From an uncultured Frankineae bacterium (lineage in GTDB: Bacteria > Actinomycetota > Actinomycetes > Mycobacteriales > SCTD01), in contig CADCUB010000131.1 of assembly GCA_902805775.1 (NCBI GenBank), positions 972 to 64,971 on the forward strand: 64,000 nucleotides of DNA, read 5' to 3'. The stretch's first letter is position 1; every line of letters starts with the position of its first letter. The notes beneath the pieces are model-generated. The model was not told the origin of the DNA, did no database searches, and saw nothing but the letters and a program-made list of their open reading frames with translations. The translations under genes were made by a program, and so were the position numbers. Positions 44,188 to 52,675 of the stretch are shown here, one piece after another.

Positions 44188-45315
44188 CTAGCGGTCGAGC
44201 GCCCCGGCCAGCACCGTCCGCAGCATGGCCGCACGGGGGGCGCTGGCCATGACCGCGAGGTCCTCGCGCAGCGTGGTCGACCCGTCGAGGAACCGCAGCA
44301 CCCGCTCGGTCGGCTGCCGCTCGAACAGCCCCGCGAAGAAGTCGGCGCCGTCGAGGAAGCCGCCGTCGAGCGCCCGCAGCAGCAGGCCGTCCATGCGCAG
44401 GTGACGCGCGGAGTAGGCCGGGGGCGGCTCGGGGTCGCGGCCCTCGCGCAGCGCGTCGGCGACGGCGCGCGCCTGCCGCTGCGCCGCCGCGAACGTGTAG
44501 CCGGTGGACGGCCGGGTGGCACCTCCGGCGGCGCCCAGGCGGAACACCCGCTCGCCCACCCGCCGCGGGAACGGGGCGTCGGTCATGGGGATGGCGCCCT
44601 GCTCGACCGCGAGCACCTCGAACGGGCCCAGTCGCAGCACCTGCGAGGTCCAGTCGACCAGCGCCGACTCGTACTGCTCGTCCTCCAGCACCGAGCGCGA
44701 GAACTCGGTGTACTCCACCAGGGCCTCCCGCGGGGAGGTCGGCAGCACGTAGCCGAAGGCCACCCCGCCCGGCGGCTGCGGAGGCCGGAAGTCCATCAGG
44801 CCGGCCACCGCCGGGTCGAAGGCGTCCTGCGCGGTGCGCACGGTCCAGCCCCGGAAGTGCTGCAGGAGCGCGACCCGCCCGGGCCGCGCGGGCGGCGCCG
44901 GCCGGGTGTCGAAGACCCACCGCCCGGCGACGTCGGCGCCCTCCACCACGCCGTCGCCGGTGATGCGGTCGACCAGCGCCTCCACCCGGACCACGCCGGT
45001 GCGCGAGAGCCGTGCGGCGGCCACGCGCTCGTAGTCGCCGGAGCGGACCATCGTGTAGGCGAACGGCGCCAGGTCGTAGGTGCGCTCCCGTCCGCTCGGC
45101 GCGTGCACCTGCACCCGGTCCCACCGCCGGTGGACGGCGTCCTCCCAGTCGCCCGGGCCGCTCTGCCACGAGCACCACGTGCGCTCCGGCGGTCGCGCCG
45201 GTCCGGGCGGGGCCTCGACGAGCACGACGTCGGCGCTCCCCTGCTCGCCGAGGCGGCAGGCCAGCGCCAGACCGGCGGCGCCGGCCCCGACGACGACGAC
45301 GTCGGCGTGCAGCAC
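44188..45315 (-). CDS. lycopene cyclase family (CrtY/CrtL-like) flavoprotein
   Basis: GTG at 45315. It has the FAD motif DVVVVGAGAAGLALA and AGGATRPSTGY. Confidence 0.7.
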   Translation of the reverse strand: MLHADVVVVGAGAAGLALACRLGEQGSADVVLVEAPPGPARPPERTWCSWQSGPGDWEDAVHRRWDRVQVHAPSGRERTYDLAPFAYTMVRSGDYERVAAARLSRTGVVRVEALVDRITGDGVVEGADVAGRWVFDTRPAPPARPGRVALLQHFRGWTVRTAQDAFDPAVAGLMDFRPPQPPGGVAFGYVLPTSPREALVEYTEFSRSVLEDEQYESALVDWTSQVLRLGPFEVLAVEQGAIPMTDAPFPRRVGERVFRLGAAGGATRPSTGYTFAAAQRQARAVADALREGRDPEPPPAYSARHLRMDGLLLRALDGGFLDGADFFAGLFERQPTERVLRFLDGSTTLREDLAVMASAPRAAMLRTVLAGALDR

Positions 45316-45320
45316 CGGGG

Positions 45321-45617
45321 CTAGCCGCGCACGGTGTGCACGCGCGCGTGCAGCACCTTGCGCTGCGACAGGGCGCAGCGCAGCGCCCGGTGCAGGCCGT
45401 CCTCGAGGTACAGCTCGCCGCGCCACTGCACGACGTGGGCGAACATGTCGCCGTAGAAGGTCGAGTCCTCGGCCAGCAGCACGTCGAGGTCCAGCGTCTT
45501 CTTGACGGTGATCAGGTGGTCGAGCTGCACCTGCGTGGGCGGGATCGACACCCAGTCGCGCCGGCTCAGCCCGTGGTCGGGGTACGGCCGACCCTCGCCC
45601 ACGGCGCGGAAGATCAC
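45321..45617 (-). CDS. small ParB/sulfiredoxin-fold domain protein
   Basis: 98 aa. PPTQ...LYLEDGLHRAL resembles the ParB N-terminal domain motif (DGHHR-like). Confidence 0.45.
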   Translation of the reverse strand: MIFRAVGEGRPYPDHGLSRRDWVSIPPTQVQLDHLITVKKTLDLDVLLAEDSTFYGDMFAHVVQWRGELYLEDGLHRALRCALSQRKVLHARVHTVRG

Positions 45618-45630
45618 GCGCGTCCCCCCG

Positions 45631-46917
45631 TCACGGCAGCAGGCTCCGCAGCTCGAGGGTCTGCTCGCGGTCGGGCCCGACCCCGATCGAGGCGAACGGC
45701 GCCCCGCTGAGCTGCTCGAGCGCCTGCACGTAGGCCTGCGCGGTCTTGGGCAGGTCGTCGAAGGTGCGGGCGGCGGTGATGTCCTCGTCCCAGCCGTCGA
45801 GGTGCTCGTAGACCGGGACGGCGTGGTGGAAGTCGCTCTGCGACACGGGCATCTCGTCGAAGCGTCGTCCGCCGACCTCGTAGGCCACGCAGACCGGGAT
45901 GCGCTCCCAGCCGGTCAGCACGTCGAGCTTGGTCAGCACGAAGTCGGTCACGCCGTTGACCCGGGCGGCGTAGCGCGCGATGACGGAGTCGTACCAGCCG
46001 CACCGCCGGGGACGGCCGGTCGTCGTGCCGTACTCGTGCCCGGCCGCCCGCAGCGCCTCCCCGTCGGCGTCGCGCAGCTCGGTCGGGAACGGGCCCTCGC
46101 CGACGCGCGTGGTGTAGGCCTTGACCACCGCGATCACCTTGTCGACCCGGCGCGGGCCGATGCCGCTGCCGGTGCACGCCCCGCCGGCCGTCGCCGACGA
46201 CGACGTGACGAACGGGTAGGTGCCGTGGTCGACGTCGAGCAGCGTCGCCTGCCCGCCCTCCAGCAGGACCGTCTCGCCCCGGTCGAGCGCCGCGTTCAGC
46301 AGCAGGGACGTGTCGGCGACCATCGGACGGACGCGGTCGACGTAGGACAGCAGCTCCTCGACGACGGCGTCGACCTCGACGGCCTTGCGGTTGTAGACCT
46401 TGACGAGCACCTGGTTCTTCAGCTCCAGCGCACCCTCGACCTTCAGGCGCAGGATCCCCTCGTCGAACAGGTCCTGCACGCGGATGCCGATGCGGTTCAT
46501 CTTGTCGGCGTAGGTCGGGCCGATGCCGCGGCCGGTCGTGCCGATGCGCCGGTTGCCCAGGAACCGCTCGGCGACGCGGTCCAGCGTGCGGTTGTAGGAC
46601 GCGATCAGGTGGGCGTCGGCCGACAGCACGAGCTTCGCGCACGAGACGCCCCGCGCCTCGAGCGCGTCGATCTCCTCGAACAGCACCGACAGGTCGACCA
46701 CGACGCCGTTGCCGATGACGGGCGTGCAGCCCGGCGACAGGATCCCGCTCGGGAGCAGGTGCAGCGCGTAGGTCTCGTCGCCGATGACCACGGTGTGGCC
46801 GGCGTTGTTGCCACCGTTGAACTTGACGACGTAGTCGACCTGCCCGCCGAGCTGGTCGGTGGCCTTGCCCTTGCCCTCGTCACCCCACTGGGCACCGACG
46901 AGCACGAGTGCAGGCAT
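45631..46917 (-). CDS. purA: adenylosuccinate synthase
   Basis: It has [18 protein letters not shown] and TTGRGIGP. Confidence 0.95.
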   Translation of the reverse strand: MPALVLVGAQWGDEGKGKATDQLGGQVDYVVKFNGGNNAGHTVVIGDETYALHLLPSGILSPGCTPVIGNGVVVDLSVLFEEIDALEARGVSCAKLVLSADAHLIASYNRTLDRVAERFLGNRRIGTTGRGIGPTYADKMNRIGIRVQDLFDEGILRLKVEGALELKNQVLVKVYNRKAVEVDAVVEELLSYVDRVRPMVADTSLLLNAALDRGETVLLEGGQATLLDVDHGTYPFVTSSSATAGGACTGSGIGPRRVDKVIAVVKAYTTRVGEGPFPTELRDADGEALRAAGHEYGTTTGRPRRCGWYDSVIARYAARVNGVTDFVLTKLDVLTGWERIPVCVAYEVGGRRFDEMPVSQSDFHHAVPVYEHLDGWDEDITAARTFDDLPKTAQAYVQALEQLSGAPFASIGVGPDREQTLELRSLLP

Positions 46918-47008
46918 GATCGCTCCTCACGGAGGGTCTGGAGGACCGCCACAGGACGAAGCCCCGGGCGCAGGCGCCTGGGGCTCTTGCACCGGAAGGC
47001 TAGCCGAC

Positions 47009-47890
47009 ATGGACCCCACGGACGACGGCCATCTGCTGGTGGTCAGCCAGCGCGCAGGCAGCACGGACGTCGACGAGGTCACCGCCGCCGTCGACGTGCT
47101 CGGCGCCGAGCTGGTCCTGTGCACCGGACCGGACGAGCTCGAGCACGCGCTCGACCGGCTCGACGGGCGCACCCTGGTCATCGCCGGCGGTGACGGCAGC
47201 CTGCACCTCGCGGTCACCAAGCTGCACCTGCGCGGGGCGCTCGACCGGACCCGCATCGGGCTGGTCCCGCTCGGCACCGGCAACGACCTGGCCCGCGCGC
47301 TCGGGATCCCGCTGGACCCGGCGCAGGCCGCGGTCCTCGTCCGGGACGGACGGGCGCAGCCGACCGACCTGCTGCTCGACGACGCGGGCGGCGTCGTCGT
47401 CAACGCCGCGCACGTCGGCATCGGGGCGCAGGCCGCCGAGCTCGCCGGGGCGCTCAAGCCCCGGCTCGGGCCGGCGGCCTACCCGGTCGGCGCCGTGCGG
47501 GCCGGCCTGCGGTCCACCGGCTGGCGGCTGAGGGTGGAGGTCGACGGCAGGGTCGTGTCCGACCGCCACCGCCGCACCCTCATGGTCGGCATCGGCAACG
47601 GCCGGGGCATCGGCGGGGGGACGCCCCTGCTGCCGCACGCCCTCGTCGACGACGGCCTGCTCGACGTCATGGTGTCGCAGGCGACCGGGCCGTTCGCCCG
47701 GATCCGCTTCGGAGCCGCCCTCACCTCGGGCGAGCACCTGTCGGACCCGCAGGTGCGGTTCGCCCGGGGCAGGTCGGTCACCGTGTCCGGCGAGGCCGTG
47801 GGGGTGAACTCCGACGGCGAGACCGGCGTCGAGGTGCGCCGCCGCACCTGGACCGTGGCGCCGGGCGCCTGGACGATGGTGCGCCCGTAA
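47009..47890 (+). CDS. diacylglycerol/lipid kinase family protein
   Basis: ATG at 47009. It has the motifs IAGGDGSL and PLGTGNDLAR. Confidence 0.8.
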   Translation: MDPTDDGHLLVVSQRAGSTDVDEVTAAVDVLGAELVLCTGPDELEHALDRLDGRTLVIAGGDGSLHLAVTKLHLRGALDRTRIGLVPLGTGNDLARALGIPLDPAQAAVLVRDGRAQPTDLLLDDAGGVVVNAAHVGIGAQAAELAGALKPRLGPAAYPVGAVRAGLRSTGWRLRVEVDGRVVSDRHRRTLMVGIGNGRGIGGGTPLLPHALVDDGLLDVMVSQATGPFARIRFGAALTSGEHLSDPQVRFARGRSVTVSGEAVGVNSDGETGVEVRRRTWTVAPGAWTMVRP

Positions 47891-47897
47891 CCGCCGC

Positions 47898-47925
47898 CGG
47901 TGCGGGCGCTTGTCGGCCCGCACCG
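47898..47925. terminator. bidirectional hairpin between convergent lipid genes
   Basis: CGGTGCGGGC-gcttgtcg-GCCCGCACCG, a 10-bp perfect stem. Confidence 0.5.
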
Positions 47926-47976
47926 CACCCGTACGGCCCGCCGCACGTCGGCAGCGACGGACGAGCCGGGGCGGGC

Positions 47977-49215
47977 CTAGAAGAAGTGGTGGGCGACGAC
48001 GGTCGCCTTCTCGCTCACCTTCTGCCGCAGGGGCCGGTCCTCCCACCGCCGCGGCTCGATGAGCACGCACCGGGGCAGCTCGTCGTCGAAGTCGTCCTCG
48101 AGCCGGCGCGCGACCACCGGGTCGAGCACCGACATCACGACCTCCTCGTCGTGGTGCAGCGACCGGCGGTTCATGTTGGCCGACCCGACGACGGCCGCGA
48201 TCCCGTCGATGGTCAGCACCTTCGCGTGCAGCATCGAGGGCTGGAACGCCCAGATGCGGACGCCTCCCTCGACCAGCCGGGAGTAGATGGACTCGCTGGC
48301 CAGCTGGCAGACCCGCTTGTCGGCGTGCGGTCCCGGCAGCATCAGGTCGACCTGGACCCCGCGCGCGACGGCGTCGAGCAGCAGCGACTGGAAGAAGTCG
48401 TCGGGCACGAAGTAGGCGGTCATCATGCGGATCCGCGTCTGCGCCGACTCGAGCATCACGCGGAAGACGGTCGCCATGTCGTTCCAGCTCACGCTGGCGC
48501 TGCCACGGGCGACCTGGACCACGGAGCCACCGGCGGCCAGCTCGTGGTCGGGGAAGCGCCGGTCGTCGTCGATCAGCGGATGGCCGGTCTCGGCCCAGTT
48601 CTGCGCGAAGGAGGCCGACAGGCCGTCGACCGCGGGCCCGACGACCCGCACGTGCGTGTCGCGCCACTCCGTCTCGTCGCGGGCGTCGCCGCACCACTCC
48701 TCGGCGATGCCGACCCCGCCGGTGAAGCCGACGACCTCGTCGCAGATGAGCACCTTGCGGTGGGTGCGGTGGTTGTGCTTCCAGGGCGAGAGCGCCTGCC
48801 CCTGCCAGACCGGCTTGCGGAACCACTCGACCTGCACCCCGCAGTCGGTCATGTGGGTGATGAGGTCGCTGTCGATGAGCCGCCCGCCGACCGCGTCGAT
48901 GAGCACCCGGACGTCGAGCCCGGCGCGGGCCCGCTCGGCCAGGGCGTGCGCGAACTCGTGCGCGATGTCGCCCTTCCAGTAGACGAAGGTCAGGAAGTCG
49001 ATGGTCCGCTGCGACTCCCGGATCGCGCTGAGCATCGCCGGGAAGATCTCGTCGCCGTTCTTGAGCAGCGTCAGCGCGTTGCCCTCGCTCGCGGGGATGC
49101 CGAGCAGCGCCTCCAGGCGCCGGCGCAGGTCGCGCACCCGCTGCTGCGGGCTGTCTCGGGGGTCGAGCTGGTCGCCGGCGACGGTGTCGTCGTCGGTCCT
49201 GGTGCGGACGCGCAT
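47977..49215 (-). CDS. phospholipase D family / cardiolipin synthase-like protein
   Basis: The ATG at 49215 follows AGGAGG. It has two HKD motifs (HRKVLICD and HAKVLTID...GSANMN). Confidence 0.85.
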   Translation of the reverse strand: MRVRTRTDDDTVAGDQLDPRDSPQQRVRDLRRRLEALLGIPASEGNALTLLKNGDEIFPAMLSAIRESQRTIDFLTFVYWKGDIAHEFAHALAERARAGLDVRVLIDAVGGRLIDSDLITHMTDCGVQVEWFRKPVWQGQALSPWKHNHRTHRKVLICDEVVGFTGGVGIAEEWCGDARDETEWRDTHVRVVGPAVDGLSASFAQNWAETGHPLIDDDRRFPDHELAAGGSVVQVARGSASVSWNDMATVFRVMLESAQTRIRMMTAYFVPDDFFQSLLLDAVARGVQVDLMLPGPHADKRVCQLASESIYSRLVEGGVRIWAFQPSMLHAKVLTIDGIAAVVGSANMNRRSLHHDEEVVMSVLDPVVARRLEDDFDDELPRCVLIEPRRWEDRPLRQKVSEKATVVAHHFF

Positions 49216-49282
49216 GCATGACCTCCTGGGTCGGTGACGGTGCCCTACCCCGCCCGACAGGGGACGCTCTCGCGCCCGAAGG

Positions 49283-49810
49283 GTGACGTGGGGTCCGTAC
49301 GCTCGGACTGTGGCACGCATCCCGGGCATCGACGGCCTGTTCGCGGCTCTCCAGGCCCAGACCGAGTCGCTGGCCGCGCTGCCCGCGACGGTCACCGCCC
49401 TGACCGGTGCCGTGCGGGCGCTCGGCGAGATCGTCGGGGAGGCCCGCGAGACGCTGGCCGCGGTCCACCGCGTGGCCGTGCGGCTCGACGGGGTCGCCTC
49501 CGAGCTGGAGGAGCCCCTCAAGGCGCTGGCCCCAGGACTGCAGCGCCTGGCGGTGGTCCTGGACGACCCGCGGGTCGAGCAGCTGCCCGACACGCTGCGC
49601 ACCGTGCAGGAGGAGGTCCTGCCGGTGCTCAGGACGCTGTCCGAGACCTCCGCCCGGGTCGCGTTCCTCGCCGGGTCGACCGAACGGCTCCTGGGCTTCG
49701 TCGACGACACCAGCCGCACCTTCGGCGGCCTGCCCGGGGCCGCCCTGCTGGGCCGGCGGCGACCGGCTCCGAGGCCGCCCGAGGCCGGCGCGCCCGGCGA
49801 GCCCGACTGA
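49283..49810 (+). CDS. hypothetical helical protein
   Basis: 175 aa with coding-like GC3. I recognise no family. Confidence 0.4.
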   Translation: MTWGPYARTVARIPGIDGLFAALQAQTESLAALPATVTALTGAVRALGEIVGEARETLAAVHRVAVRLDGVASELEEPLKALAPGLQRLAVVLDDPRVEQLPDTLRTVQEEVLPVLRTLSETSARVAFLAGSTERLLGFVDDTSRTFGGLPGAALLGRRRPAPRPPEAGAPGEPD

Positions 49811-49844
49811 GACCCGCAGGACGCCCGGCCCGCCGCGCCCGCGC

Positions 49845-50279
49845 TCAGAGCCCGCCGAGCTCCTGAGCGGCCGCGGGGTCGCTGTCGTCGAGGAACCGGC
49901 GGATGCGGACCGCCTCGTCCTGCTCCTCGATCGCGGCGGCGGCGCGGCCGAGCGCGTGCAGCGACCGCAGGAAGCCGCGGTTGGGCTCGTGCGACCAGGG
50001 GACCGGTCCGTGACCCTTCCACCCCGCCCGCCGCAGCGCGTCCAGCCCGCGGTGGTAGCCGGTGCGGGCGTAGGCGTAGGCCTCGACCACCGCCTCGCGC
50101 TGCAGGGCCTCCTGCGCGAGCAGGGCCCAGGCCAGCGAGCTCGTGGGGTGCGCCGCGGCCACCTCGACCGGTGGCGCCCCGCCCTCGAGCAGCGCGCGCG
50201 GTCCCTCCTCGTCGGGGAGCAGGGTCGGCGGCGGTCCGCCGAGCAGGTCGCGGTGTGAGGGACTGCCGGTCAGGCTCAT
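49845..50279 (-). CDS. DUF3151 domain protein
   Basis: ATG at 50279 (or 50288). YAYARTGYHRGLDALRRAGWKG...W.HEPNRGFLR is typical, and the family usually neighbours fba. Confidence 0.75.
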   Translation of the reverse strand: MSLTGSPSHRDLLGGPPPTLLPDEEGPRALLEGGAPPVEVAAAHPTSSLAWALLAQEALQREAVVEAYAYARTGYHRGLDALRRAGWKGHGPVPWSHEPNRGFLRSLHALGRAAAAIEEQDEAVRIRRFLDDSDPAAAQELGGL

Positions 50280-50299
50280 GCCGCCCATCCTGCCCGAGC

Positions 50300-51133
50300 T
50301 CAGGTGACCGGGGTCGTCCAGGCGGCGTCCCAGACGGCCTTGTTCACCACGCCGGTCGTCCGGGTCGACAGGCCCTTGCCCCGCGCGAAGGACGTGGCCA
50401 CAGCCGCGCTGCGCGGCCCGAAGTAGCCGTCGGCCGTGATCGTCCAGCCGCGGGCGGCCATCCGGGCCTGCCACTGCTTGACGGCCGGGCGGTAGGTGCG
50501 GACGAGGCGGGTGCTGAGCTCGCCCGGGAAGGCGGGAGCCGGCACGGGCCGCAGCGCGCGCGTGCGGGCCACCCGCGTGGAACGGGTCTGCGCCGAGGCG
50601 CTGCGCACCGTCCTGGTCGCGGGTCGCGCGGGCGCCGCCGCCCGGGTGCGGCCGGCCCGGGGCGCGCGGGTGGTCGGTGCGGGCGCCTGTCCCGAGCCGC
50701 TGTAGCCGCCGTCGCCGGTCAGGCCGAGCTTGCGCGAGCACGCCGGCCAGGGCTTCCAGCCGCGCTGGCTGTGCAGCTTCTGCCCGGCGGCGATCTGGGT
50801 GGCCTTGCTGGCCTGGTGCGGGTAGCCGGTCATGCCCAGGCCGCGCCAGGTGCGCAGGTCGAACTGCAGGCCGCCGTAGTAGCCGTTGCCGGTGTTGATG
50901 TTCCAGCGGCCGCCGCTCTCGCACTGCGCGAGCCGCTCGAACTGCGCGACCGAGCCGCCCGCCGACGCGGCGGGAGCGGTCAGCGCGACGTCCGCGACGG
51001 CGAGCGTGGCGGTGAGCAGGCCCGCCGAGAGCACCGTCGCCACCCGGGAGGGCGCGGCGTGCCGGGCGGAGCGGCGAGGGGCGGGCAGGGGGCGCGCACG
51101 CAGCGCGGAGGGCAGCAGGGCAGGCACGGGCAC
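50300..51133 (-). CDS. resuscitation-promoting factor (Rpf transglycosylase plus PG-binding domain)
   Basis: Rpf domain CESGGRWNINTGNGYYGGLQF..TW, plus a C-terminal PG_binding_1-like segment (DGYFGPRS). The tracked start at 51148 lies inside the riboswitch. GTG at 51133, after GAGGAGAGG, is preferred. Confidence 0.85.
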   Translation of the reverse strand: MPVPALLPSALRARPLPAPRRSARHAAPSRVATVLSAGLLTATLAVADVALTAPAASAGGSVAQFERLAQCESGGRWNINTGNGYYGGLQFDLRTWRGLGMTGYPHQASKATQIAAGQKLHSQRGWKPWPACSRKLGLTGDGGYSGSGQAPAPTTRAPRAGRTRAAAPARPATRTVRSASAQTRSTRVARTRALRPVPAPAFPGELSTRLVRTYRPAVKQWQARMAARGWTITADGYFGPRSAAVATSFARGKGLSTRTTGVVNKAVWDAAWTTPVT

Positions 51134-51139
51134 AGGTCC

Positions 51140-51330
51140 TCTCCTCACGCCTGCGGGGTGAGCTGTCGGGTTCAGGCTCGGCCTCCCGCGCGGGGAGCGC
51201 GTTCGGGCGATGAGGGTCTGCCTGGCCTCCGTCAGGAGGCTTCACCCCGAGGTCGGCCTCGTCGAGGACGCGGCCGACCGGTGGGACGTGTGGGTCCCCC
51301 GCTCCTGCCCTCGGGACGGCGACGGACCGG
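51140..51330 (-). promoter_or_regulatory. ydaO/yuaA-type (c-di-AMP) riboswitch
   Basis: The minus strand reads GGAGCGGGGGACCCA, then CGGGGUGAA, then GCCGAGCCUGAACCCGACAGCUCACCCCGCAGGCGU followed by GAGGAGAGG. These match the conserved ydaO blocks (GAGCGGGGGACCCA, GGGGUGAAUC, CCGAAnCCGaCAGCUAACCUCGUAAGCGU). The boundaries are approximate. Confidence 0.8.
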
Positions 51331-51440
51331 CTCCCGGGGCAGGACTCGGCGGGCGGGAGCGGCACCACACCGTGCGGCGTGGCGTCTTGACACAACCATG
51401 CCGTGTCTTGCGCTGTGCGACCGGGGGGTCTCGGAGCGGC

Positions 51441-52463
<1,023 letters not shown>

Positions 52464-52675
52464 GGCAGTCCTCGCAGGGTCGTCCGGGGCCGCGCGGGCG
52501 GCGCGCGGCGGGGGTCCGCGGCGAGCATGCCAGACGACGGCACCGTCCTCCGGAGCCGCTCACGCCACGCAACGAAACGGTCACATGCCGCTGCGGTTGC
52601 GGGCGCCGGGGAGTCCCGGCTGGTAGGACGAGCCGGGCCGGCGGCCCCTCGCCCCAGGCTCGGAAGGACGGACGC

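Noticed and set aside
51387-51392. A perfect TTGACA -35-like hexamer on the plus strand between fbaA and the riboswitch.
   Set aside because: No plus-strand gene lies downstream, since both neighbours are on the minus strand. No convincing -10 element follows at 16-18 nt.
52520-52560. A GAAAC/GTCAC combination (caacGAAACgGTCACat) reminiscent of GlnR a/b-site boxes in the fbaA / propeller-protein intergenic region.
   Set aside because: The spacing does not fit the gTnAc-n6-GaAAc pattern, and only one copy of each half is present.
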